Translations under genes and position numbers: made by a program
Part shown: positions 18,220 through 27,213 of the stretch, piece by piece
How the letters are laid out: every line of letters starts with the position of its first letter
How positions within the stretch are numbered: the first letter of the stretch is position 1
Notes under the pieces: generated by a model
Seen by the model: the letters and a program-made list of their open reading frames with translations, nothing else
Database searches by the model: none
What the model was told of the DNA's origin: nothing
NCBI GenBank assembly: GCA_051886175.1
Contig: JBJEXV010000051.1
Location: 11,239 to 75,238, forward strand
Source of the DNA: Candidatus Coprovivens sp.
GTDB lineage: Bacteria > Bacillota_I > Bacilli_A > RF39 > UBA660
Reading direction: 5' to 3'
DNA: 64,000 nt

Positions 18220-18929
18220 ATGGAAATGACTGAATACCAAAAAAGAAATGGAAACAATATCAAAGAAAGAAAAAACTTATCTTAAAATATGGATTTAAAA
18301 CAGGATTAGTACAAGCTTATGATGTTGAAACAATAGATAACTTAAGACATAAATACTATGGCGGTATTCCATTATCAATAATTATATTATCACATGGTAT
18401 GTGTGTAAGAAAATGTTACGATAGAGCAACAATGTTAACATATGGATTTGGTCCAGATGTTGAATATCGTCAAGTAGATGCTGATATAGATGGAATTAAA
18501 TATCATCCAGGGACAATTGCTCATGAAAAAGGTAACGATCCCCATTATTCAAACCATAGTTTTATTGAAAGAAAAAGAAGCGATGGATCATGGTGGGTTT
18601 ATGACACAACAGATGGCTTAGTTTATTATCGCCCATTATATTATCTATTAGAAAAACCGAGCATAACAAAAATAAATGACAAACCAACAGTAGAATTCTT
18701 TAGAGAAAAATTATATACAGTTCATAACACAATAGATAGAGATAGACAAACAGTCCCATTAATACTACCACTAGTAGAACAATTAGTAGAACATTCAATT
18801 GAAATCTACGGAGAACAAATAGCTAAAGAATTTGAAATATTCAAAAAAGAAATTGGTTACGAAGAACTATGTCGTGAACAAGAAGAAGAAAAAAGGTCAC
18901 ACTTTAGTCGTAAACAACCTAAAGTATGA
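18220..18929 (+). pseudogene. Transglutaminase/papain-like (Cys-His-Asp) protein interrupted by a frameshift in a poly-A tract
   Basis: ATG 18220 has an AAAGGAGG RBS but stops after 21 codons at 18283-18285. The adjacent frame is open from 18234 and continues into ORF 18399..18929. An A6 run at 18239-18244 is the likely indel site. Triad candidates are HGMCVRKC, NHSFIE and WWVYDTTDG. Confidence 0.5.
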
Positions 18930-18958
18930 TAAAATAAATAAAGTTAAGTAGGTACAAT

Positions 18959-19140
18959 ATGTTTGATGAACTAAGAAAAAAATTACATACACTAAAAGTA
19001 AGAATAAATAAAAAACAAAAAAAAGATACTTCCAAATACTATATAATATGTTACTTGGTCAAGACCAAGGTCCAAAATTAGGTCTATTCCTAATGGCATT
19101 AAATAAAGATAAACTAAAAGAACTATTATGTTATAATTAA
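18959..19140 (+). pseudogene. Small ORF (about 60 aa if fused) split by a frameshift in an A8 run
   Basis: ATG 18959 (MFDELRKKLHTLKVRINKKQKK..) stops at 19079-19081. The next frame is open from 19012 to 19140 (..YFQILYNMLLGQDQGPKLGLFLMALNKDKLKELLCYN). The A8 run is at 19017-19024. Confidence 0.3.
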
Positions 19141-19161
19141 AACATAAATGGAGGTCTTATT

Positions 19162-19605
19162 ATGACAGATAAACCAAATAAAAACTATGTAGTAATATTA
19201 TTATTTTCAAAAGATCATGAAAAACTATTACTAGTTAAACGTAACAAAAAACCATATCCAAATCTTTGGAATGGAATAGGTGGAAAAATTGAAGTAGGTG
19301 AAACACCTATCGAATCAGCAATACGTGAATGCAAAGAAGAAACAGGTTTAGAGATGGTAAATCCTAAATTATTAGTAACGTATGTCTATCCAGAAACAAA
19401 TCCTGTAAATAGCAATACACATTTAAGTGTAGTATATGACTTTATTGAAACAGAAGAAGTAGAAGATAACTATGAAGGACATTATGAATGGAAAGATGTT
19501 AACTTTGCATTAGATTTTAATAGTAAAGAAATAGCTGGTTGTTCAAACTTAGCTCAAATGATTAAAGAAATATATGATATTGAAGATATCAAAAAGTTTT
19601 ATTAA
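19162..19605 (+). CDS. NUDIX hydrolase
   Basis: The Nudix box GGKIEVGETPIESAIRECKEETGL fits GX5EX7REUXEEXGU. 147 aa, GGAGG RBS. Confidence 0.9.
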   Translation: MTDKPNKNYVVILLFSKDHEKLLLVKRNKKPYPNLWNGIGGKIEVGETPIESAIRECKEETGLEMVNPKLLVTYVYPETNPVNSNTHLSVVYDFIETEEVEDNYEGHYEWKDVNFALDFNSKEIAGCSNLAQMIKEIYDIEDIKKFY

Positions 19606-19631
19606 AAGAGGGTATTAAACTCTCTTTTTTG

Positions 19632-19640
19632 TGCTATAAT
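19632..19640 (+). promoter_or_regulatory. Extended -10 promoter element TGCTATAAT
   Basis: It sits directly after the terminator T-run of the NUDIX gene, 26 nt upstream of GTG 19666. Confidence 0.5.
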
Positions 19641-19665
19641 ATAGTCTACTTTAGGTGGTGATATT

Positions 19666-20490
19666 GTGGATAAGATAAGAGATATAAACCAGTATAAAGA
19701 AACAATTACGTCTAATGCTGACTTCTTTAAACAATATTACTACCATTCTTTAATAGACTTAAACTTAACTAAATTAGATTTAATACTACAATATGGATTA
19801 CTATGTAAAAGATTACTAGAACAAACTCATAATCTATCTTTATATACACACCAAGCAAATGATTATGATTCTAAAAATGGTAGTGATTATATTTCCTTAA
19901 CTGAATACAAAGATGATTGCACATTTTGTACAATGTTTGAATCATTTCCCTTACACACAATGACATCTGTATCAGTACTAGTAGATAAAGATATTAGAGT
20001 ATTTAAACAAGGAGCCAGAGAAACATTCTTTGATGATGAAGTCTTCGCACAATGCGCAATATCACAATCAAAATTATGTGGAATACTATTACCTAGTCAT
20101 TTAACAACAATGCCGATCAATCAAGTGAATTGTTTACCAAATGACTTATCATGTTATACAAGAAGATACATAGATCATTGGATAGATTGTATGGAAAACT
20201 ACTTTGAAAGAAAAATACCAAGAAAAATAATTGAAGATAGTAGAGAACAACTATGGTCCATCCTAGAAGATTATGAATCACCTGAAAAATGGATACAATC
20301 AGCAATTCAATATCAAAGAAAAATACGTGGTAAAGATATTAAAGATGTAATGGCTCAAGTTCTATATGAACTATGGCAACAAAAACTAAAAATACAAAAT
20401 CCAACATGTATAGATGTAATAAGAAGTATTAACAAGCAAGAACTCCCAGTATTCGAACTACAACCGACTTGTTTAAAAAAAATAATGTAG
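19666..20490 (+). CDS. Hypothetical protein (274 aa)
   Basis: GTG start preceded by AGGTGGTGA. No motif recognised. It is followed 19 nt later by the DHH gene, so the two are probably co-transcribed. Confidence 0.6.
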   Translation: MDKIRDINQYKETITSNADFFKQYYYHSLIDLNLTKLDLILQYGLLCKRLLEQTHNLSLYTHQANDYDSKNGSDYISLTEYKDDCTFCTMFESFPLHTMTSVSVLVDKDIRVFKQGARETFFDDEVFAQCAISQSKLCGILLPSHLTTMPINQVNCLPNDLSCYTRRYIDHWIDCMENYFERKIPRKIIEDSREQLWSILEDYESPEKWIQSAIQYQRKIRGKDIKDVMAQVLYELWQQKLKIQNPTCIDVIRSINKQELPVFELQPTCLKKIM

Positions 20491-20509
20491 AATAAAAAAG
20501 GAGAGAATT

Positions 20510-21448
20510 ATGAAAGTATTATTATTTACACACAAAAATGACATTGATGGAATGGGGAATGCAATATTAGCAAAACTAGCATATAAGAATGTAGATTATG
20601 AACTATGTGGTACATTTGATTTAACTAGTAGAGTAGAATCATATTTTGCATCCGGCAAAATATATGAATACGACAAAATATTTGTAACAGACTTATGTCT
20701 AGAAGACCCAGTACTAACACGTATAGCTAATGATGAAAAAATACAAGATAAAATATTAGATTTTGATCATCATCGTACATTTACAGATATTAAATATACT
20801 AAACATCCATTTATAAATGTAGTAATAGAAGATGAGCATGGTCTATGCTGTGGAACATATCTATTCTATAATCACTTAGTAAAAGAAGGTTTAATAGATA
20901 AATCAAATGAAGCAATTGCTGAATTTGTTGAACTAACAAGACAACATGACACATGGGAATGGCGTAACATTTACAACAATGAAAAAGCACGTGAACTATC
21001 AATACTATTTGACGCCCTAGGCCCAAATGGTTATATTAACATGATGACAGACAAACTAAAGAAAAAAACAACAAAAACTTTTGAATTTAATAAAGTAGAA
21101 CAATTATTAATAAATAATAGAATAGAATTAATTAATGAAAAAAATGAATTCTATTCAAATAGAATAATATATAAAGAAATACTAGGTATGAAAGCAGGAA
21201 TAGTATTCATAACATATGAATTTAGAAATGAACTAGCTGAATACTTTAGACAAAATAAATTCGATATGGACTTCACTATGATGATCGCACTAGATCCTGG
21301 AGTAGTAGCATATAGAAGTGTAAAAGAAGGAATAGCAGTAAGACCAGTAGCGGAATACTTTGGTGGGAAAGGTCATGACAAAGCTGCAACAAATCCAGTA
21401 ACAGAAGAATTTATGAAAAAATTTGCTGACATATTAACAACAAAATAA
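20510..21448 (+). CDS. DHH-family phosphoesterase (NrnB/COG2404-like)
   Basis: The motifs HKNDIDGMGNA (DxD), FVTDLC (D) and DFDHHR (DHH) occur in canonical order. 312 aa. Confidence 0.85.
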   Translation: MKVLLFTHKNDIDGMGNAILAKLAYKNVDYELCGTFDLTSRVESYFASGKIYEYDKIFVTDLCLEDPVLTRIANDEKIQDKILDFDHHRTFTDIKYTKHPFINVVIEDEHGLCCGTYLFYNHLVKEGLIDKSNEAIAEFVELTRQHDTWEWRNIYNNEKARELSILFDALGPNGYINMMTDKLKKKTTKTFEFNKVEQLLINNRIELINEKNEFYSNRIIYKEILGMKAGIVFITYEFRNELAEYFRQNKFDMDFTMMIALDPGVVAYRSVKEGIAVRPVAEYFGGKGHDKAATNPVTEEFMKKFADILTTK

Positions 21449-21476
21449 TATAATAAAAAAACAAGAGGTGAACTAA

Positions 21477-21899
21477 ATGAAAATGAATAGTAAATGCGCA
21501 AGAGCAGTATTATTACAAACAGAAAAAATTCCATTCGGAGAAACAATAACAGTAGCAAAACTACATGAAAGCATTCCAGAATATGCAATTGAAGATGTAC
21601 TTCACGTAGTAACGCTACTAAATAGAGAACATTACTTAATAGTAATAGATAAAGCAAGTTATGATGATAACGAAGTATTTAGAGACCATAAACTAAAAGG
21701 CTTAACAGAAAGAGGATATAGAGTTCTTGATATGATAAGAGATGAAGAACTATGGGGAGAAATCCTTACTAAATTACCTAATGCAGAAGAATTAAGTTTC
21801 TATACATTATTAGATATTGCATCAAGAATTAACTGTGCAAAACAAAATAAAATATTTGGTTTACCTGAAGACTTTCCATTACAACAAATAAGATGGTAA
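21477..21899 (+). CDS. Hypothetical protein, DUF2513-like winged-helix candidate
   Basis: The N-terminus MKMNSKCARAVLLQTEK resembles the DUF2513 start (MK.N.D.IR.ILL..E). This is from memory only. Confidence 0.4.
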   Translation: MKMNSKCARAVLLQTEKIPFGETITVAKLHESIPEYAIEDVLHVVTLLNREHYLIVIDKASYDDNEVFRDHKLKGLTERGYRVLDMIRDEELWGEILTKLPNAEELSFYTLLDIASRINCAKQNKIFGLPEDFPLQQIRW

Positions 21900-21900
21900 A

Positions 21901-21928
21901 AAGATATCGATAAAGATATCTTTTTTTT
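21901..21928 (+). terminator. Rho-independent terminator
   Basis: AAGATATC / GATATCTT stem followed by T8. Confidence 0.75.
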
Positions 21929-21929
21929 A

Positions 21930-21938
21930 TGTTATAAT
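21930..21938 (+). promoter_or_regulatory. Extended -10 promoter element TGTTATAAT
   Basis: It abuts the terminator T-run, 24 nt upstream of ATG 21962. Confidence 0.5.
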
Positions 21939-21961
21939 ATAGAACACAAGAGGTGATACCT

Positions 21962-22594
21962 ATGGCTAAGAAAAAAGTATTATTAGATATAGATGAAGTA
22001 GTAGTATTCTCTGGTTTCCTAAATGCTTTAAATAAATTCTTAGGAACAAATTATCAAATAGATGATTTTACTACATATTATCTTGAAGAAGAAGTACTAC
22101 CACCAAAATTCTCAGAGGACTTTAATGAGTTCGTAAGTACACAAAACTTGTACGAAACACCTGACTTCTTACCAGGAGCTATAGATTCATTATCACGTTT
22201 ATGTGAGTACTATGACTTCTATGTATGTTCTTCTTGCGTAAACCCAGTAGATATAGCAAACTCAGGTAGAATATTTAAAGATAAATATGAACTATTAATT
22301 AGACATTTACCGTTCTTAGATCCTAGAAAATTTATCTTTACTAGTACAAAAAATATGTTTAAAGCAGATATTCAAATAGATGATAGAGTTCAAAACATGG
22401 ATCCAGAAATACCTACAAAAATTTTATTCCCTTCATATCATAATAAAGATATAACTGATGAAGAACTAAAAGAAAAAGGAATAGATAGAGCAGGTTATGA
22501 ATGGCGTACTGGTTGGGAAGAACTAGAGCGTATGTTAATGGCTCAACTAGTAATAGAAGAACCTGGTTTATCATATACAAAGAAAGGTAACTAA
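21962..22594 (+). CDS. 5'(3')-deoxyribonucleotidase (NT5C/HAD family)
   Basis: VLLDIDEVVV (DxDxV nucleophile motif) and the late IQIDDR motif. About 210 aa. ATG 21962 follows AGAGGTGAT; the ORF track starts at GTG 21953. Confidence 0.75.
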   Translation: MAKKKVLLDIDEVVVFSGFLNALNKFLGTNYQIDDFTTYYLEEEVLPPKFSEDFNEFVSTQNLYETPDFLPGAIDSLSRLCEYYDFYVCSSCVNPVDIANSGRIFKDKYELLIRHLPFLDPRKFIFTSTKNMFKADIQIDDRVQNMDPEIPTKILFPSYHNKDITDEELKEKGIDRAGYEWRTGWEELERMLMAQLVIEEPGLSYTKKGN

Positions 22595-22595
22595 T

Positions 22596-23168
22596 ATGAA
22601 AAAGATAATTAAAGAAATATATGATGAAGTAGAAAAAAGATGTATGGCTGATACTAACGCTTATGGTATCGGAGCATGGAATCATCATATAAAAACAGTA
22701 TATGAAATAGCAACTTCAATATGTGAAGAATATAAAGCGGATTATAATATAGTTGCACTTTCTGCATTACTTCATGATATCGCATCAGTTACTGATAAAG
22801 AACTAACAGAAGAACATCATATTCATGGAGCTAAAATAGCAGAAAATTTATTATCCAAATATGATATAGAACAAGATAAAATAGAACATATAAAAAAATG
22901 TATACTAAATCATCGTGGTAGTAGATTAGCTAAAAAGAATTCACCAGAAGAAATATGTATTGCAGATGCTGATGCAATGGCTCATTTCTATAACGTACCA
23001 TCATTACTAAGTATGGTATATGTTGAAAAAGGTTTATCAATAGATGAAGGAGCCAAATTTGTTTACGACAAATTAGAACGAAGCTATAACAAACTATCAC
23101 CTAAAGGTAAAAAGATCATTAAAAAACATTACGAAGCCGCCAAACTAATACTTAATCAAAAACACTAG
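22596..23168 (+). CDS. HD-domain phosphohydrolase
   Basis: H..(24)..LLHDIASV...H...D spacing typical of the HD superfamily. 190 aa. It starts 1 nt after the upstream stop. Confidence 0.85.
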   Translation: MKKIIKEIYDEVEKRCMADTNAYGIGAWNHHIKTVYEIATSICEEYKADYNIVALSALLHDIASVTDKELTEEHHIHGAKIAENLLSKYDIEQDKIEHIKKCILNHRGSRLAKKNSPEEICIADADAMAHFYNVPSLLSMVYVEKGLSIDEGAKFVYDKLERSYNKLSPKGKKIIKKHYEAAKLILNQKH

Positions 23169-23232
23169 TTTTATGATGTGAACCCCATTTAGGAGACACT
23201 AATGGGTGCAGTTCATTTATCTAGTGTTTTTT
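23163..23232 (+). terminator. Long imperfect hairpin terminator
   Basis: CACTAG..TGAAC-CCCATT..loop..AATGGG-..GTTCA..CTAGTG followed by T6. Confidence 0.6.
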
Positions 23233-23323
23233 AATTTTTAAACAATTGTTGCATTATTGACTATAAACCCCTTAATATGCTAACATTTAAGTAAGATAAG
23301 GATTATCCAAAAGGAGTAACAAT

Positions 23324-25408
23324 ATGAGTAAAACAGAAGAAAAAATGAATTCAAAATACGAACCACTATTTACACCATGGAAAATAGGAAACGTAGAAAT
23401 TAAAAACAGAATTGTTCTATGTCCAATGGGAGGAACATCACTATTTGGATGGATGGAACATACAGGTAACCATTTTGATAAAGAAGCAGCAAAATTCTTT
23501 ATTGAAAAAGCTAAAAACAATGTAGGTCTTATCATACCTGGTATTGCACCAATTAAAAGTACTTACATGAATCAATGGTTATATCAAAATAAAAAAATGT
23601 TTAAAGAACTAAAAGAATTTATGGAAGAAATCCATAAATATGGAGCTAAATTATTTATTCAAATTACTGCAGGTATGGGACGTTCATGGGCTATCCCAAC
23701 ACCATTAGTAGCAATACATAATATGCCAGTAGTTAGAGATATTATTAAACCAATAATTAATATTCCATATCAAAGTGCTAGCCCAAGTGAACTACCATCA
23801 AGATGGTCAGATAAAGTAACTTGTCGTGCTATCACAGAAAAAGAAATTGAAGAAATTATCGATGCATTTGCTAAAACAGCAGAACTATGTAAAGAAGCGG
23901 GAGTAGATGGAGTAGAAGTACATGCCGTACATGAAGGATACTTACTAGACCAATTTACTTTAGAATATACTAACAAACGTACTGATAAATGGGGCGGTTC
24001 ATTTGAAAATAGATATCGTTTCGCAACAGATATCGTAAAAGCAATTAAAGAAAAATGTGGAGCTGACTATCCAGTATCTTTACGTTACTCTGTACGTTCT
24101 TATGTAAAAGACTTCTGTAAAGGAGCTGTACCTGGAGAAGAGTTTAAAGAAATCGGTAGAGACATGGAAGAAAGTAAAAAAGCTGCTAAATATTTACAAG
24201 ATGCAGGTTATGACATGCTTAACGCTGATAACGGAACTTATGACTCATGGTATTGGGCACATCCTCCAATGTATATGCCACAAAATTGTAATCTAGACGA
24301 TGTTGCTGAACTTAAAAAAGCAGTAGACATTCCAGTAGTATGTGCAGGACGTATGGAACCAGATGTTGCTGCTAAAGCAATTGATAATGGACGTATCGAT
24401 GCAATGGGTGTTGCTCGTCAATTCCTAGCAGATGAAGAATGGATTACAAAAATGATTGAAGATAGAATGGAAGATATTCGTCCATGTATCTGTTGTCATA
24501 ATGCATGCTTCAATATGTCACATTATAAAGGTATTGCCAATGGACAATCTATTTACGATGCTAGCCATATTGCAAGATGTGCACTTGATCCAAGAGTAAT
24601 GCAATCAAATAAATATAAAATCGAACCAGCAGATAAGAGAAAAAATGTTGCTATTATCGGTGGTGGTATCGGTGGTATGGAAGCAGCTATCCTTTGTGCA
24701 AAAAGAGGACACAAAGTTACATTATATGAAAAGAGTGATAGACTTGGTGGAATCTTCATTGCAGCAGCTGCACCATCATTCAAAGAAAAAGATAAAATGC
24801 TTATCGCATGGTATGAAAGAGAAATTAAAAAATATAAAAATATTATTATTGAATTAGAAACAGAAATAACTGATTTAAATCTAATTAAAGCAGATGAAAT
24901 AATTATTGCAACAGGAGCTAAAGCACGTAGAATTCCAATTCCAGGAGTAGAACATAGTATAGAAGCAGTTGACTACTTACTAGAGAAAAAAGAAGTAGGA
25001 GACAAAGTAGTAATAATTGGTGGTGGGTTAACTGGTTGTGAAATAGCTTATGACTTATATCTAAAAGGTAAAAAACCAGTTATCGTTGAAGCACAACAAG
25101 ATCTTATCGTAGCTAAAGGAGTATGTTTAGCAAACTCAAGTTACTTAAGAGACTTCTTCGAAGCTAATAAAGTACCAATATACTTAGAAACTTCTGTATC
25201 TAAAATAAATGAAAAGAATGTAGTTATAAAAGATAAAGAAGGAAAAGAAACTACTATAGATGCTGACTCAGTAATTATGTCAGTAGGATACGTACCAGCA
25301 CCAATCGCTGAAAAGAAAAGACATGTTCATATTGTCGGAGATGCTAACCAAGTTGGTAACCTAAGAACAGTTATCTGGGGTGCATGGGATGTATGTATGA
25401 AAATATAG
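23324..25408 (+). CDS. Fe-S flavoenzyme of the 2-enoate reductase / 2,4-dienoyl-CoA reductase family (OYE-like N-domain plus FAD/NAD(P) C-domain)
   Basis: 694 aa. OYE start FTPWKIGNVEIKNRIVLCPMG, a Cys cluster RPCICCHNACF...ARC, and two Rossmann motifs VAIIGGGIGGMEAA and VVIIGGGLTGCEIA. Confidence 0.88.
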   Translation: MSKTEEKMNSKYEPLFTPWKIGNVEIKNRIVLCPMGGTSLFGWMEHTGNHFDKEAAKFFIEKAKNNVGLIIPGIAPIKSTYMNQWLYQNKKMFKELKEFMEEIHKYGAKLFIQITAGMGRSWAIPTPLVAIHNMPVVRDIIKPIINIPYQSASPSELPSRWSDKVTCRAITEKEIEEIIDAFAKTAELCKEAGVDGVEVHAVHEGYLLDQFTLEYTNKRTDKWGGSFENRYRFATDIVKAIKEKCGADYPVSLRYSVRSYVKDFCKGAVPGEEFKEIGRDMEESKKAAKYLQDAGYDMLNADNGTYDSWYWAHPPMYMPQNCNLDDVAELKKAVDIPVVCAGRMEPDVAAKAIDNGRIDAMGVARQFLADEEWITKMIEDRMEDIRPCICCHNACFNMSHYKGIANGQSIYDASHIARCALDPRVMQSNKYKIEPADKRKNVAIIGGGIGGMEAAILCAKRGHKVTLYEKSDRLGGIFIAAAAPSFKEKDKMLIAWYEREIKKYKNIIIELETEITDLNLIKADEIIIATGAKARRIPIPGVEHSIEAVDYLLEKKEVGDKVVIIGGGLTGCEIAYDLYLKGKKPVIVEAQQDLIVAKGVCLANSSYLRDFFEANKVPIYLETSVSKINEKNVVIKDKEGKETTIDADSVIMSVGYVPAPIAEKKRHVHIVGDANQVGNLRTVIWGAWDVCMKI

Positions 25409-25417
25409 GGAGGTACT

Positions 25418-26692
25418 ATGAAACTAACTAAAGAACAACAAGCAATATTAGATGGAAAACAAGGTGGAACATTAGCTAAAGTTATGCAAACAGTAATTCG
25501 TTATGGCGAATTATTCGGAGCACAACAACTAATTCCCATAACAAGTGAATACAATCACCTTGTTACATCTTTTGGATTAAAAGCACTAGGTCCAGTTTAT
25601 GACTTAATGGATAAACTAATCAAAGATGGTGCAATATCAAAACAAAAATTTACATTGGACCCTCGTCCATTAGATCCAAATGTTCCAAAAAACTTCTTAC
25701 AAAATCTTATCTTTAATAAATTTATGTATACAAGACAAGACTTCTATGAAGGCCAATTAAAAGAACTTGGATTACTAGATGAAAATGCTTTCACATGTAC
25801 ATCATACATGGATGAAGTAGGTAACAAACCTCGTAAAGGAGATGTTATCAGTTGGGCTGAATCTTCAGCAGTAGTATATGCTAACTCAGTACTAGGAGCA
25901 CGTTGTAATCGTAACTCAGGTATTATTGAACTTATGTGTTCAATAGTTGGATACGTTCCATACTTTGGTTTAGTAACTGATGAAGGTAGAAAAGCAAGTT
26001 GGGTAGTAGAAATAAAAACTACAAAAAAACCAGAAGCTCAATTACTTGGTTCAGCAATTGGTATGAGAGTAATGGAAAGTGTTCCATACATTAAAGGATT
26101 AGATAAATGGTTAGGTACTGAATTAACAGATGATGTATGTACATACTTAAAAGACTTTGGTGCTGCAACTGCATCAAATGGTGCTGTTGGTTTATACCAT
26201 ATCGATAACTTAACTCCAGAAGCGAAAGAAGATGGAGAAGACCTAATCTTAAAAGATGCTCAAAGATATATTATAGATGATGACGAATTAGAAAGAGTAT
26301 ATAAATCATATCCAGTTATTTGGAAAAATAAAGATGCAAAACCAAAACTATGCTTCATGGGATGTCCTCATATGAGTTTAGATCAATTAAAAGATTGGAC
26401 ACATAAACTAGAAGAGTCATTAGAAAAGTATGGTAATGAAGAAGTTGTAATACCAACAGTATTTACAGCAGCTCCTGCAGTAATAGAAGCATTCAATAAA
26501 TTACCAGAATCTAGAAAACTAAAAAAAATGGGTGTTGTAGTATCATACATCTGCCCACTTATGTATATGAATAATCCACTTTGTGGAAAAATGCCAGTAA
26601 TTACATCATCAAATAAACTTCGTACATATACAACAGCAAGATACTATACAGATGATGAAATCCTTGAACAAATTACTAAAGGAGGTAAATAA
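25418..26692 (+). CDS. Aconitase X, catalytic (large) subunit (DUF521)
   Basis: The MKLTKEQQAILDGKQGGTLAKVMQ N-terminus is typical of DUF521. 424 aa, GGGAGG RBS. The DUF126 partner follows with a 1-nt overlap (ATGA-type junction). Confidence 0.82.
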   Translation: MKLTKEQQAILDGKQGGTLAKVMQTVIRYGELFGAQQLIPITSEYNHLVTSFGLKALGPVYDLMDKLIKDGAISKQKFTLDPRPLDPNVPKNFLQNLIFNKFMYTRQDFYEGQLKELGLLDENAFTCTSYMDEVGNKPRKGDVISWAESSAVVYANSVLGARCNRNSGIIELMCSIVGYVPYFGLVTDEGRKASWVVEIKTTKKPEAQLLGSAIGMRVMESVPYIKGLDKWLGTELTDDVCTYLKDFGAATASNGAVGLYHIDNLTPEAKEDGEDLILKDAQRYIIDDDELERVYKSYPVIWKNKDAKPKLCFMGCPHMSLDQLKDWTHKLEESLEKYGNEEVVIPTVFTAAPAVIEAFNKLPESRKLKKMGVVVSYICPLMYMNNPLCGKMPVITSSNKLRTYTTARYYTDDEILEQITKGGK

Positions 26693-27144
26693 TGAAAACA
26701 TTTAAAGGTAGAGTAGTAGCACCTGGTACTATAAGTGCAGAAGCTTTAGTATCACATGGTGGCTTAAATACATTAGCTTCATTCCAAAAAGCATTACAAT
26801 TTGGTGATAAAAAAGCAACATGTGGTGATCAAAATAACGAAGATCTTTATAATAAACAAATGGCTGGTAAAGCCCTTTGCCTACCACAAACAATCGGTTC
26901 AACAACTGGTGGAATGGTATTATACTGTGCATGCTCAATGGGAAGACAACCAGCTTGTATGTTATTCTCAAACCCAATTGATTCACTAGCAGGTGCTGGT
27001 GTAATCCTTGCAGACATTTGGCTAGAAGGAGAACATACTAAAATGCCAGTTGTAGATTCACTAGGAGAAGAATTCTTAAACTACGTTAAAGATGGTATGA
27101 CAATTACTATCAAAGAAGATGGCGTAGTTGAAGTAACTGAATAA
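26692..27144 (+). CDS. Aconitase X swivel-domain (small) subunit (DUF126)
   Basis: 150 aa. G..V.PG...EALVS...L....., GK.L.LP...GST.G and GAGVILADI blocks. TAATG-type coupling to the large subunit. Confidence 0.82.
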   Translation: MKTFKGRVVAPGTISAEALVSHGGLNTLASFQKALQFGDKKATCGDQNNEDLYNKQMAGKALCLPQTIGSTTGGMVLYCACSMGRQPACMLFSNPIDSLAGAGVILADIWLEGEHTKMPVVDSLGEEFLNYVKDGMTITIKEDGVVEVTE

Positions 27145-27157
27145 AAGTAAAAAAAAG

Positions 27158-27183
27158 AATAGACTTATAAGTCTATTTTTTTT
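27158..27183 (+). terminator. Rho-independent terminator
   Basis: AATAGACTTA / TAAGTCTATT palindrome followed by T8. Confidence 0.75.
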
Positions 27184-27213
27184 ATAATGTACTTACAACA
27201 GGAGGGACATAAA

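Noticed and set aside
17882-23300. A tRNA-Leu-associated genomic island or prophage
   Set aside because: There is no integrase, recombinase or phage structural gene. I could find no downstream repeat of the tRNA 3' end, and I see no obvious compositional shift. Only gene decay next to the tRNA is reported.
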